Source: a virus. From it: DNA of 64,000 nt. This document shows positions 17,629-27,631 of the stretch, piece after piece. Under the pieces are notes generated by a model, which searched no databases, was not told the DNA's origin, and was given only the letters and a program-made list of their open reading frames with translations. How positions within the stretch are numbered: the stretch's first letter is position 1; every line of letters begins with the position of its first letter. A program made the translations under genes and the position numbers. Location of the stretch: IMG/VR virus record IMGVR_UViG_3300033402_000312. The stretch is one strand, 5' to 3'.

Positions 17629-20600
17629 TTACTTTTCTTCTTCGTCTTCCACGAGGACGATGTCAGCCAAATCTCCGGCCCCAAAATCGAACTCTACCGA
17701 CTCGGACTGATCCTCACCGCACGCCGTCTTGTCTTTGCTGGCAAAATGCTCCGGGTTCACCGTGTCTTCCGCTGCGGGTTCGCCCGCGATTGCCGCCTTG
17801 TCGAAATCGACTCCCGCATCCGCTTCAGCGAGGTCTCCCTCGACGCCGCCGTCATGCTTCGGCCCGACGATCTGCTTGACGGCGGAGTTCTTTCGCCCGG
17901 CCTGCTCCGCTGACTCGGTCTGCGTCGCCATCGGCTCGCCCGCGACCCCGGCCTTGTCGTAGTCAAGCCCGGACTTCGCCTCGCCCATGTCGCCGCTGAT
18001 GTCATCCGCAACTTTTTCGACATCATTTGGCTGACTGTCCTGGACGCGAACAGATAAATGGGGCAAATCCCCCATCATTGCGCGAGCCAGATGGTCTGCT
18101 TCTTCATTGGTATCAAAAGAGTCAAAAACAAATTCTTTGCCACTGTTGTGGACTGGGTTCCTTACTATGACTTGGAATCTTTTTCCATGAACATCATGAG
18201 AAGCTTTGCGCCTGCCCGCGTCGAGGACGGAGACTGTCGGCTGCGGGATGTCCTTGTCCACGGCGTTCGGGCTGGTGCTCTCGGACTTCGCCTGCGCTAT
18301 GTCGCCCTCGATCCCGTGGTCGTGCTTTTCGCCGACCATCTGCTTGACGCCCGTGTTCTGGTTCGCGCTCTTGGTGTTGCTCGGCGTCGGCCCTGAGGTG
18401 TCCCTCTTCTCGACGACCTTCTTGTTCTCCGGCGCTCCCTTGCCGTCGTTCTCCATGTTGTACGGGTTGTCGGCGGTGTCGGCTTTCTTCGCGTTCGCGG
18501 GCTGCGCTTTTCCGTCGTTCGGCGGCGCATCCGCACGACGCTCATTTCTGATCGCCTCCTCCATATCCTCTACAGAGGGGATCGCTTCTATCGCGCTCGT
18601 CTTGTCCTTCCCCTGGGCATGCTCGGGCTTGCTTTCCATCCGGTCGTCAAGCCCCGCCGTCCCGTATTCGCGGACGGAACGCAGCGCCTTTCCCGCCTCC
18701 TCGGTAGTCATGGGCCTGAGCACGCTGCCAGCCGCATCGGCTTTCTTCTGCCCCTGCGGGGGAGCATCCGGGCCGCTGGTGTCCTCAACGTCCGCGTCGG
18801 TCTTGGGCTGGATCACGCCCTCGCCGCCCCTCCAGTTGGCGGGGTTGTCGGCAGTGTCGCTTCTCTTTCTCCTCAGCGGCTTCTTCGGTGCCTTCTTTGC
18901 CTGCTGGGCGATCATTTTCTCGATCATCGCCATCAGCGGCTTGTAAGTCATGAACGTTTTTCCGCCGAGACTGATGAGATAGCCGTTGGAACTGCTTTGA
19001 TCCTCAAAGAGACCGTAGACCGGGTGAACCAGGTCGCCGCTCTCGTCCTCTCTGAATCCTGCACGCTCAAGGGCGTTGTGGATTCTCGCCATCGAGAACT
19101 GCGTTGGAAGAGAGTTGTCATCTCCCTCTTCTTCGTCGTCTTCTTCGTCAACCAGGAATCCCTCGCTGTTCGTCCGTGGCGACCATCCCTTTCCCTTCGG
19201 CGCTGCTTGTTTGATGTCCGCGCCAGCCTCGGGCCTCGGTCGGTCTGTGCCCTTGGAGCGCTCGGCGTCGGTGTCCTTGTGGCACTCGACGGTGCCGCTC
19301 GGCCCGGTCTCCTCGGAGGTCGGGTCCGAAGCAGCGTCGATGTCGTGCTCGTTGTCCGCCGTGTCGGCGACTTTGGCAGAGGCTTCTTTCTCCTGCGACT
19401 CGCCGGTCTCACCGCTAACGCGGGGGAAACTGCGCCGCAGATTCTTATCTCTAGCAAGCGCAAATGGATGAAATTCTCCATCCGCGTCAATGATGCCATC
19501 CTTGTTTTTGGATATGATGCGACCGCAGCCCACGCAATCTATCGGAGCATTTACCGCCTGGCAAGACGGGTTGGTGCAATGAGACGCCGTGCCGTGCGGG
19601 TACCTCCTGTTGCATTCTGGGCAACGACCACTGGCAGCACCACAATGCGGGCACTTAAGCCGAGGCTCCGCTGTCTTGGCGCTCGCCTCATGCTGATAGC
19701 TGCGGATGCGCTTGAAAAGCGCCGCCGCTTCCTGCTTTTCCTGAGGCTCAAGACCGGCCGCGCTGAGCAGATTATCCCAGTTGCGCCTCAGGTCGGACAC
19801 GTCGCCGATCATGTCGTTCATGCCGATGTCGCCCGACTGCTGCGCCATGACGAAGCCGTCGCTGGTGATCGCCATGTCGGTGATTGACGGGTTGGTGTAG
19901 GTCTCGCCGAGGATGTACCCCACGATTGCCGCCATCTTGCCGGACATGTCGGAGAAGCGGCCGGGGAACAGCTTCTTCTTCAGGCCCTCGGACGCCGCTG
20001 CCGTCTTGGACGCCATGCACTCATGCTGGATTTCATCGCTTTCGGCTGAGCAGCAAGGGTCGTCCTCGTCAACGTCGAAGCCGCACTCGCGGCACTTGCG
20101 CTGCCTGACCCACCTGCCGCTCTCCTCGTCCCAGCGTGCGTTCGCGTTCGGGCAGCCGTGCTCGTGGCAGGGCACGCCGTTGATCGCCGCCATCTCGCAC
20201 TGGTCGCAGCTTACGCGGCGGCCGGAGTCCTCGATCTCGCCGGAGACTTCGTCCACGAAGTCGGCGAACTTGCTGTCGATGCGCCAGGCGGACTGCTTGG
20301 TGGCCTCGTTTTCGAGACCGGACTCTTCCCTTTCCGCATCGCCTTCGGAGACCTCCTTTTTGTCCTCCGGCTCGGGGCTGCGGAACGCCTCCGGCAGGTC
20401 TCCCACGTCGCGCTTGTTTGGGCGTGCGCTGCTGCGCGGCTCCGTGCTCTGGCTCTCGCCTTCCGTGTTGGACGGGGCGGAGTTGCTCGGGTCGGTGTCA
20501 ACGTCCACCAGCGGAGCCGGACCCATGTCCTCGGTGATCGCGTCCCAGATGGAGTCGATGTCAAGCTCGACCGCCGTCTTCGGGCGGAACCTGTCGAGCA

Positions 20601-23600
20601 GGGACTCCTTCTCGGCGCGTGCCTGCTTGCCCCTTGTCGAAATGGCTTCGTAGCCGCCATCGCTGTCCACGATCTTAGCCAGCTTGTTAGCAACGTATGC
20701 TGGCGAGAAAGACTTGGACTTCGCGGAGGCGACGTGAACCATGTGGTCGTCGCCGATGTACAGGTCGGACTCGCCGAAGCTTCTCGCGACTTCGCTCAGC
20801 CTGTCCCCCAGACCGCCTTCTTTGAGGGCCTCACGATCCCAGAACCCCACGCCGTGGCCGCAGCGGGTCAGCCAGAAGTCGTGCCCTGCCATGGCCTGAC
20901 CTGACCATTCGCCGGGGCGATCATAGCCTGGGCGCTGGTAGGCTTCCTGAAGCAGAGGCGCGGCTTTCTTCTGGAAATCCGCGCAATCCTTGCGAATCTG
21001 CTGCATGCCCTCGTCGGAGATGTCCTCGATGTCGTAGTTCCTGTCCAGCGGCTCGCCGCCGCTCGGATCGGAACCGTCGTTGGTTGACCAGAGAGCGGCT
21101 TCGATGTAGCCGCGCTCAAAATCGTTCAGGATGTCGCGGTTCACTGCACCGCGCTTGAACTTCAGCGGAATCTCGACGCTGCCCCACTTCTCCTCCGCCT
21201 TCTTGGAGAACGAGTTGTCGCCAGCCGCAGACTTGTCGAGCGGGTACTTGCCGTATCCGCCAGCCTTGATCTCCTTGGCATGGTCGGCAACGGCGCTTGG
21301 ACTCTGGGAATCCGGCTGTGTGGTGGCGGTGATGTACGCCGCAACCTCCTTCGGAGGCGCGTTGCGCTTGTCTACAAAGCCGCCGCTGTACATCTTGGCG
21401 TAGTGGTCGGTGAGATTCGCGTTGATCGGGGGTTCTATCTGCTTGCCACGATTGTCGAAGCCCTCCTTTTCGGGGTGTGGCGTCTTCACGATCTTCGCAG
21501 TCTTGCCCTCTTCTTCCTTGCGGCGGGGATCGCTGCTTGCGGCATTCTTATCCGAAGCCAAAAATCCCCCTTGGTCGGCATATCCCTTAATCCTGTCGAT
21601 GAGACCGTCGGTCCGGTGGGCGGGCATATTCGGATCGTAGCCGGGATTCTCCTCGTTGTACTTGTCGCGGCACTCGTTGGAGCAGAAGTTCGCTCCCGGC
21701 TCTACAGTCGCCTCGCACTGCTTGCAGTGCCCCCAGTGGTCGGCTTTCTTACCTTTGCTGCCGACCTTGGCTTCCTCCTCCTTGCGGCGAGGCACTCCGG
21801 TCTCGTCGATGGCGATGCCGATTGGGCCGCCGGTCGATTCGTCTTCCCTGCCCTCGTCGCCTTGGACGCTCTCCTTCATCGCCGGGGCGGAGGCTTCCTG
21901 CTCGGCGTGGGCTTCGGTCCCCGGGCCGACGTTCGTGAACGGGGTCTCGTGCGGGGCGCAGGCTTCCTTCGCGCTGCCCGTCATCTGCCGCTCGTCAAAG
22001 GCCGCAGCCTCGAAATCGCGTGCCGCCTGTTTCCCGCAGTCCTCGCCGTCGCAGTAAACCGTCTTGGTCTTCGGGTAGTAGTAAACCCGTTCCCCGGCAT
22101 TGATGTCCCGCCCGCACTTCTTGCAGCGGGAAGGCTGCTTGGCTTCCAGCCAGCGGGGGTCGCCGCTGTAGGCTTTCTTCTCGGCGGAGCCTTTGTGCGA
22201 CTCCATGTTCCTCAAGCCTTCTTTTGCCGCATCTTCGGACTTGAAGCTTTCCAGAATCTTGCCCGTCTCGTGCTGCTTGATGCACCATTCGGCCTTCTCG
22301 CCCTTCGAGTTGCGGTGACCGGGGCAATGCGACACGTAGGCGACCTTCTTGAGCGACGCCGCCTTGCAGGTGCAGTTCTCGCAGGAGCACTCGCCGCCAG
22401 CCTTCTTGCAGCCGGGGCACACGCCGTCCGCGCCGATGTGGGCGACCTTCTCGGAGTCAGCCTTGCTCTTGCTGTAGCCGCACTTCTTGTTCGTGCAGGC
22501 TTCCCTCTTGATGGGCTGCCCGGCGACAAACACCTTCTCGACCTCCGTGTCGCTCCCGCACTCGGGGCACTTCTGTCCCTTTTCCTTCTTAGCCTTTTTG
22601 GCGGAGGACTCTTTCTTGTCCTTCTCCTTGGAGCCGAACGGCGGGGCCTGCTTGCCGCCGAAAGCCTCGGAGGCTTCGTGCGCCACGGTAGGCTCGTCGC
22701 CTTCGATGGCGCGGAGCCACTCAGCGGGGACTTGGTCTCGCGGGACTTCTTGGCAGCCCTTCAGGAACTCTTCGCTGATGGCTGTGGTTTGGACAGAGCT
22801 AACACTCCCGGCGATAGCTGTCCCGCGCCCTTCGTACTGGTCTTCGCCGAAGTTCTTTTGGTAATAAGACAACGAATCCGGGTCGATAGCCAAATAGTCG
22901 CCGTTGGACTCTTGGAAAAACCTTAACGGCTCGCCGTTTGCTTCCTTCGACGAAGCCTCGCGGGGCACGCCCGGCTTCGCTTCGGGGGCCTTGAACCCGC
23001 CCTCGCCCTGTGCGCCATCGGCGCTGGGGAGCAGGGACTGCTCAAGCGCCTGGTTCAGGGAGTCGAACACGTCGAGTTCCTGGGGGTCGAGCGTCTGCTT
23101 GGCGATCTCGTCGGCGGTCTTCCTGTTCAGTAGCACCGTCGCCCTCTTCCAGCCAGCCGACTTCTCAAGCTGCGGGAACTGCTTCAGCGGGTTCTCGGAC
23201 AGGAACGGGTAAGACAGCTTCGGCGTGATGTCGGTGACGTCCACCTTGGTCGTGTCCACGTTGGTCATCAGCGCGTTGAAGGCGCTGGACACTGCGGGGT
23301 TGTAGTACGCCGAGAAGACCAGGTGGCGCAGGTCGTTCTTAAGCTGCTCGGCGTTGTCGCTGAAGTGGAAGCAGACGTACTCGCGGGAGTTCATCCAGTT
23401 CGGGGCGAACACCACTAGGGAGGCTTCCTCGCCCGTCTTCGCATCGGTGAAAAGCTCCTTCTTGATCGTGTCGAAATCCGCTTGGCTGTACTCGTCGAAT
23501 TCGCCAGCCCCGATTTTCTTCTCGATGAGGTCGGCGACCTCCTCGCCTCCGGTGCCGAACACGCGGACGAGAGCGCCGTGGAGCAGCGCCGTGGGGAAGT

Positions 23601-23847
23601 TCTGCCTGTCGTTGCACACCTTGGCGGGGACGACCATGATGCGCCCGAGGGAGATGTTCTGGCGAAAGCCGTGGCAGAAGACCTCGAACGACTGCACGTT
23701 GCCGGACGAGCGGGCCTCCTTCTCGCCAGCCTGGACGGCTTCGACGACTTTTTGCAGCAGTTCCTCGCTTACCGTGAATATCTGGAAGCTCTTGCCTGCG
23801 ACGCTGTTGCCGCCGACGCCAGCCTTCTTGGTGATTTCCTTTGCCAT
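17629..23847 (-). CDS. giant acidic zinc-ribbon-rich protein (2072 aa)
   Basis: ATG preceded by AAAGGGGAA. At least 8 CxxC...CxxC ribbons (e.g. CPECGSDTEV...CTNKKCGY, CKKCGRDINAGERVYYYPKTKTVYCDGEDCG, KCPHCGAASGRCPECNRRYPHGTASHCTNPSCQ). N-terminal GNSVAGKS fits [AG]x4GK[ST]. Conserved-looking GHDFWLTRCGHGVGFWD. Confidence 0.7.
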   Translation of the reverse strand: MAKEITKKAGVGGNSVAGKSFQIFTVSEELLQKVVEAVQAGEKEARSSGNVQSFEVFCHGFRQNISLGRIMVVPAKVCNDRQNFPTALLHGALVRVFGTGGEEVADLIEKKIGAGEFDEYSQADFDTIKKELFTDAKTGEEASLVVFAPNWMNSREYVCFHFSDNAEQLKNDLRHLVFSAYYNPAVSSAFNALMTNVDTTKVDVTDITPKLSYPFLSENPLKQFPQLEKSAGWKRATVLLNRKTADEIAKQTLDPQELDVFDSLNQALEQSLLPSADGAQGEGGFKAPEAKPGVPREASSKEANGEPLRFFQESNGDYLAIDPDSLSYYQKNFGEDQYEGRGTAIAGSVSSVQTTAISEEFLKGCQEVPRDQVPAEWLRAIEGDEPTVAHEASEAFGGKQAPPFGSKEKDKKESSAKKAKKEKGQKCPECGSDTEVEKVFVAGQPIKREACTNKKCGYSKSKADSEKVAHIGADGVCPGCKKAGGECSCENCTCKAASLKKVAYVSHCPGHRNSKGEKAEWCIKQHETGKILESFKSEDAAKEGLRNMESHKGSAEKKAYSGDPRWLEAKQPSRCKKCGRDINAGERVYYYPKTKTVYCDGEDCGKQAARDFEAAAFDERQMTGSAKEACAPHETPFTNVGPGTEAHAEQEASAPAMKESVQGDEGREDESTGGPIGIAIDETGVPRRKEEEAKVGSKGKKADHWGHCKQCEATVEPGANFCSNECRDKYNEENPGYDPNMPAHRTDGLIDRIKGYADQGGFLASDKNAASSDPRRKEEEGKTAKIVKTPHPEKEGFDNRGKQIEPPINANLTDHYAKMYSGGFVDKRNAPPKEVAAYITATTQPDSQSPSAVADHAKEIKAGGYGKYPLDKSAAGDNSFSKKAEEKWGSVEIPLKFKRGAVNRDILNDFERGYIEAALWSTNDGSDPSGGEPLDRNYDIEDISDEGMQQIRKDCADFQKKAAPLLQEAYQRPGYDRPGEWSGQAMAGHDFWLTRCGHGVGFWDREALKEGGLGDRLSEVARSFGESDLYIGDDHMVHVASAKSKSFSPAYVANKLAKIVDSDGGYEAISTRGKQARAEKESLLDRFRPKTAVELDIDSIWDAITEDMGPAPLVDVDTDPSNSAPSNTEGESQSTEPRSSARPNKRDVGDLPEAFRSPEPEDKKEVSEGDAEREESGLENEATKQSAWRIDSKFADFVDEVSGEIEDSGRRVSCDQCEMAAINGVPCHEHGCPNANARWDEESGRWVRQRKCRECGFDVDEDDPCCSAESDEIQHECMASKTAAASEGLKKKLFPGRFSDMSGKMAAIVGYILGETYTNPSITDMAITSDGFVMAQQSGDIGMNDMIGDVSDLRRNWDNLLSAAGLEPQEKQEAAALFKRIRSYQHEASAKTAEPRLKCPHCGAASGRCPECNRRYPHGTASHCTNPSCQAVNAPIDCVGCGRIISKNKDGIIDADGEFHPFALARDKNLRRSFPRVSGETGESQEKEASAKVADTADNEHDIDAASDPTSEETGPSGTVECHKDTDAERSKGTDRPRPEAGADIKQAAPKGKGWSPRTNSEGFLVDEEDDEEEGDDNSLPTQFSMARIHNALERAGFREDESGDLVHPVYGLFEDQSSSNGYLISLGGKTFMTYKPLMAMIEKMIAQQAKKAPKKPLRRKRSDTADNPANWRGGEGVIQPKTDADVEDTSGPDAPPQGQKKADAAGSVLRPMTTEEAGKALRSVREYGTAGLDDRMESKPEHAQGKDKTSAIEAIPSVEDMEEAIRNERRADAPPNDGKAQPANAKKADTADNPYNMENDGKGAPENKKVVEKRDTSGPTPSNTKSANQNTGVKQMVGEKHDHGIEGDIAQAKSESTSPNAVDKDIPQPTVSVLDAGRRKASHDVHGKRFQVIVRNPVHNSGKEFVFDSFDTNEEADHLARAMMGDLPHLSVRVQDSQPNDVEKVADDISGDMGEAKSGLDYDKAGVAGEPMATQTESAEQAGRKNSAVKQIVGPKHDGGVEGDLAEADAGVDFDKAAIAGEPAAEDTVNPEHFASKDKTACGEDQSESVEFDFGAGDLADIVLVEDEEEK

Positions 23848-23857
23848 ACGTTCCCCT

Positions 23858-24358
23858 TTACTTCTTGGAGTCGAGCTTGTCGATCTCGCGGCGAATCTCT
23901 TCTTCCTTTTCCGCCATTATGTCCCGCCAGTGGTTGAGAATGCTGTTGATGGTCGTGTCGTCGAGCTTCACCATCCGCATCGCTTCCTTCAGGCCCTCGG
24001 AATACTGGATGAGGGCGTACTTGAACTTCTTGCCGTCCATGTTGAGGAAATCCTTGTGGCTGAGCGTGTCGGCTTCCATGATTTCCTTGCCAAGCTCGCG
24101 GAGCGACTTGACCTGCGTCTCGAAGACCTTGACTTTCATGCCCTCGATGATGTTGACGTCGTTCCCGTACTTGATCATCAGCATGTTGATCGACGCGATC
24201 TCTTCCGCGATGAGCCTCTTGATCTTCGCCGGGGGCGTGGTTTCGTCGGCGATCAGCCTGCGGATTTCGCCGAGCTTGGAGTCGCGCTCCTGCTCGGACT
24301 GTTCCTTTTCGCCGCTGACGTTGCCGTTCTCGTCGATGTTGAGCGTCCACTCTTCCAT
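23858..24358 (-). CDS. hypothetical helical/charged protein (166 aa)
   Basis: ATG 4 nt after the upstream stop, preceded by TAAGG. Lys/Glu-rich. Confidence 0.5.
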   Translation of the reverse strand: MEEWTLNIDENGNVSGEKEQSEQERDSKLGEIRRLIADETTPPAKIKRLIAEEIASINMLMIKYGNDVNIIEGMKVKVFETQVKSLRELGKEIMEADTLSHKDFLNMDGKKFKYALIQYSEGLKEAMRMVKLDDTTINSILNHWRDIMAEKEEEIRREIDKLDSKK

Positions 24359-24362
24359 TGCC

Positions 24363-26498
24363 TTAGTCCAAGTCCACCTTGTAGTGCTCTCCGATTTCCA
24401 CGTCGTCCCTCTTCGGCCCGCTGACGTCTATGTCCGGCATGTCGTGGCTCCCGGTCAGGTCGAACTCGTTCAGGATCGCATGGCCGTCCGTCGCCTTCTT
24501 TTCCCCCGCGTGCTTGCCCATGCCGGGGTAGGACAGGAAGTTTGCATCTTCCGGCACGCTCGCCACGACCTGCGTCACTGGGCGGCGCTGCGGGTCGAGC
24601 ATCCTGACCTGCTCCGGGCGGAACCCCAGCTTGCCGATGAGGAATGCACGGTCGTTCTCGGACACGGCGACCTTGCCGGGGCGCTTCCTCATGTCCTCGA
24701 CGAACCCCGCGACCGCCCTGTGTGCCTCGACCGACCCCACCTTGCCCGCCGCGCTCTTGTAAATCCTCTCGACGCTGTGCCCGGCTTGGTGCAGCATGCG
24801 CACCTTCGCGGCGGTGACGACGATCTCGGCTTCGCGGTCGGGCTGCTTGCTCGCCGCGACATGGGAGGACGACTCCGCGAACTTTGCCGCGACGCGCCCG
24901 GCCTTGGAGCTTGTCTTGCCGCTCTGCTGATACGCCATCAAGTCCTGCTGGCTGATGGGCTGAACTTCGCCGCAAGAGGTGCAGAACACCTCGCTGTGCT
25001 CGTCGTAGGTGAAGTAGTGCTGGTCTGCGCCGCAGTTCGCGCACGGCCGGATGTCCACCGCGCTTTCCTCGTAGTCGAGGATCGGGGACAGCGCCTTCTT
25101 GTGGTACTCGCAGCTTGCGCACCTCTCCTTGCCCTCGAAGGCGGCGTTGCGGATTCCGATGCTGTTCAGGAACGACAAGTCCTTGCTCGCGACCTCGATC
25201 CTGCCGCTCGCGTTCTTCCTCAGGCCCTGGACGAAGCCACGGAACGCAAGGCTCACGTCCACGCTGCCGAACTTCTCCTCAGCCCATTTGTAAATCTGCT
25301 CAAGGGACGCGCCCTTGCCGTGCATCTTTGCCACGTGCTCGGAGGAGAAGCGCCTGCTCGTCTCCCGGCTGTCCGAGAACTGGTAGCTGGCACGCTTCTC
25401 CTGGTTGCGGACCTTGGCGTCCGCCGTCTTGACCACGCCGGTCTGCTCGGCGACCTTCGGGTTCTGCACCCGCTTTCCGTCGCCGTTCGCGAGGACTACC
25501 AGAGCCGCGTGCTTGCGCTTCTCCGGCACGCCCGGCGTCAGGTGGTTCACGATCTGCGAAAGCTCCTGTGCGTTGGCGACTACCGGGAGGTGGTACAGGT
25601 TGCAGGTCTTGCTGCGTGCGCCCTTGCCGAAGTACTGGCAGCCTTGGCACGCTGCGATCTGCTTCACGCTGTGCGCCTGCGGCTTGATGCCCGCCTGATC
25701 CCACGCCTTCTTCTGCGCGACGCAAACATTGCTGCTACTTTTTGGCAAAGCCCGAAAACCTAGCTCTCGCACATGACCACATTTCGGGCATTCATACTGA
25801 CCGCCTGAGTGCTTCATTTTAGTGCCGCATTTTGAGCACTTCGGGTTATCTTCAATGTTTTTGTCAACAGCCGTGTGCTCGTAGGTCGGGCTGTTCTTGT
25901 CCATGTAGGTGTTCGGCTCAAGGTAGGCAATGCCCAGCAGGCCCGCATTGCGCTGTAGGTAGTCCGTCGCGCTCTGGTGGTTGAAAAGCTCGATCTCGGC
26001 GAGCTTCTGAAGCTGCTGGGCGACCTTCGCCGGGGAGGTGCCTTGGTTGAGCAGGTCGCGGACGTACTTGAGCACCTGCGCGTCCGACACCTCTTTCTTC
26101 GCCGCGCTGTTCTCCGCGAGGTTGCTGCTGGAGTACGCCTTCTCGATGCTCTCGGTCACCTCGTTCATCAGGGAATCATTGTCGCCGTCCTCGGACTTGT
26201 ACTCGTCCATGCGGCGGTACGCCGTCACGGAATTGATGCGCGGTGCCGCCGCCTCCTTCTCGGCGATGCGCTCCTCGTAGATGCGAGCGCCGGACTTCGG
26301 TCCCCAAATCGGGGTGTGGCGGCTTGCCGACTCGGCGATGTCGTCCTCGAAATCCGTGTCCGCGTACTGGTGCGACCAGTCCGCGACCTCCTCGCCGGAC
26401 TTCCGGGCGTCTTCCATGCCGATGTCTTTCCAATTGGGTTCTCGGCGATCCAGTAGAGCATCAATTATATTGGAATATGGCTGTTTTTCTGTTGCCAT
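24363..26498 (-). CDS. zinc-ribbon protein with three internal ~45-aa repeats (712 aa; 730 aa if the GTG at 26555 is used)
   Basis: Repeats LEQIYKWAEEKFGSVDVSLAFRGFVQGLRK, VERIYKSAAGKVGSVEAHRAVAGFVEDMRK, and QVLKYVRDLLNQGTSPAKVAQQLQKL. Ribbons CSKCGTKMKHSGGQYECPKCGH and CANCGADQHYFTYDEHSEVFCTSCGE. The ATG at 26498 is 4 nt after the GIY-YIG stop. Confidence 0.5.
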   Translation of the reverse strand: MATEKQPYSNIIDALLDRREPNWKDIGMEDARKSGEEVADWSHQYADTDFEDDIAESASRHTPIWGPKSGARIYEERIAEKEAAAPRINSVTAYRRMDEYKSEDGDNDSLMNEVTESIEKAYSSSNLAENSAAKKEVSDAQVLKYVRDLLNQGTSPAKVAQQLQKLAEIELFNHQSATDYLQRNAGLLGIAYLEPNTYMDKNSPTYEHTAVDKNIEDNPKCSKCGTKMKHSGGQYECPKCGHVRELGFRALPKSSSNVCVAQKKAWDQAGIKPQAHSVKQIAACQGCQYFGKGARSKTCNLYHLPVVANAQELSQIVNHLTPGVPEKRKHAALVVLANGDGKRVQNPKVAEQTGVVKTADAKVRNQEKRASYQFSDSRETSRRFSSEHVAKMHGKGASLEQIYKWAEEKFGSVDVSLAFRGFVQGLRKNASGRIEVASKDLSFLNSIGIRNAAFEGKERCASCEYHKKALSPILDYEESAVDIRPCANCGADQHYFTYDEHSEVFCTSCGEVQPISQQDLMAYQQSGKTSSKAGRVAAKFAESSSHVAASKQPDREAEIVVTAAKVRMLHQAGHSVERIYKSAAGKVGSVEAHRAVAGFVEDMRKRPGKVAVSENDRAFLIGKLGFRPEQVRMLDPQRRPVTQVVASVPEDANFLSYPGMGKHAGEKKATDGHAILNEFDLTGSHDMPDIDVSGPKRDDVEIGEHYKVDLD

Positions 26499-26502
26499 GG
26501 CA

Positions 26503-27306
26503 TTAAGCGGCTGCTGCCGCACTCCTTTTGTTATTGACCGCGTTGGCACAAGCACGCTTGCAATACTTTCTCGTCTTCACAGAACTAAAATCCTTCCTAC
26601 GCGGGATGATAAAGGAGCCACACGCAGCACAGAAGTTCGGATGAGCTAGATACTCATTCCATTCACGATTTTGCCGCTCTTTTGTAGACTCCTTACGCAA
26701 AGAATTCACAAAACTACGTACACTTTGGATGCCTTTGGAGTACCCGTTTGCCCGCAAACGTTTACAAATCGTAACTGCATCCATCTGTGGCGTCCGTCGA
26801 AGCCACAAGATAATCATTTCCCGAAAAGCATCGCACGCTTTGGCAGGAGGATGCTCTTTACGATACTGACTTAGCTTTTTCCGTCCCTCGGCATTTTCAG
26901 CCCATTTCTGTCCCAAATGCATTTTTCCACCAACCGCGCCCCCTTTTCGACAACCTTCTAACAGTCGCCCAGTCTTAGGACGTCCATACATCCAATTCAA
27001 CTTGCCCGGTGCTGCCCCGTCGCCCCCCAGCGTCATGTTGTAGCCGTTCGCCGGAACGTGGCTTTGGTGCAGGACGATGAAGAAGGTCTCCATTGCCGAA
27101 AGCTCTTCCGGGGTCTTGGCTCGGCGGATTACCTCGACGGTGAAGGCGTCGGCTCCGTACTTGCGGATAGCATTTGACAAATACAACGTGCTTCCGTTTT
27201 TTGCAGCGCGAATATGCTGTTTCCATCGGTCTCGGGCAGACCGTCCCTGCCATTTCCCAATGTAAATTTTGCCGTTCTTCCGGTTTGTAATTTTGTATAT
27301 CAGCAT
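26503..27306 (-). CDS. GIY-YIG homing endonuclease (I-TevI-like, 267 aa)
   Basis: MLIYKITNRKNGKIYIGKWQ (GIY...YIG), R...H, FIVLHQ, and NGYNMTLGGDG (the I-TevI NGYN motif). Basic C-terminal DNA-binding tail with a CxxC. Confidence 0.8.
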   Translation of the reverse strand: MLIYKITNRKNGKIYIGKWQGRSARDRWKQHIRAAKNGSTLYLSNAIRKYGADAFTVEVIRRAKTPEELSAMETFFIVLHQSHVPANGYNMTLGGDGAAPGKLNWMYGRPKTGRLLEGCRKGGAVGGKMHLGQKWAENAEGRKKLSQYRKEHPPAKACDAFREMIILWLRRTPQMDAVTICKRLRANGYSKGIQSVRSFVNSLRKESTKERQNREWNEYLAHPNFCAACGSFIIPRRKDFSSVKTRKYCKRACANAVNNKRSAAAAA

Positions 27307-27308
27307 GG

Positions 27309-27629
27309 CTAGAATTCGAGGTCATCCAAAATATTTGCCAAAAATGCAGCCGGTTTATCGTCTGGGGCCGCTGGAATGCTTTGTCCATCATCAACCTCAT
27401 TACCAACTAGCTTGATGATACGTCCGCCTTTGACAGCCCAGAACGATCTATCCGCTGGGCACTCGTACACGTTGCCTGCCACGCGGCGCAGCATGAGGCT
27501 GTCGATCTCGAACTGCACGTCGCGGGGAATCGCCATCATCGACGCGAAATGGTTCTTCGAAAAGATGGACTCGCCGGGCTTCTCGCCCCTCACGCCGTGC
27601 GCGACTTTCGGGTAAACCTTCCTGCTCAT
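27309..27629 (-). CDS. small protein tightly coupled to the fiber-like gene (106 aa); possible fiber chaperone
   Basis: ATG 2 nt after the TAA of 27632..28525. Only the C-terminal 106 codons of the listed 300-aa ORF look protein-like. Confidence 0.45.
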   Translation of the reverse strand: MSRKVYPKVAHGVRGEKPGESIFSKNHFASMMAIPRDVQFEIDSLMLRRVAGNVYECPADRSFWAVKGGRIIKLVGNEVDDGQSIPAAPDDKPAAFLANILDDLEF

Positions 27630-27631
27630 AG

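Noticed and set aside
16292-17710. Long plus-strand ORFs antisense to the giant genes (e.g. 16292-17710, 21280-22926, 23841-25763, 34273-35907, 61237-62952)
   Set aside because: Arg/Leu/Val/Gly-rich composition typical of the reverse strand of high-GC coding DNA. They are nested inside much longer, motif-bearing minus-strand genes and have no SD or operon logic.
26499-26555. GTG start at 26555 for the repeat/zinc-ribbon protein
   Set aside because: It would overlap the last 53 nt of the GIY-YIG gene, and its upstream purine stretch is far from the start. The ATG at 26498 was preferred, but it is uncertain.
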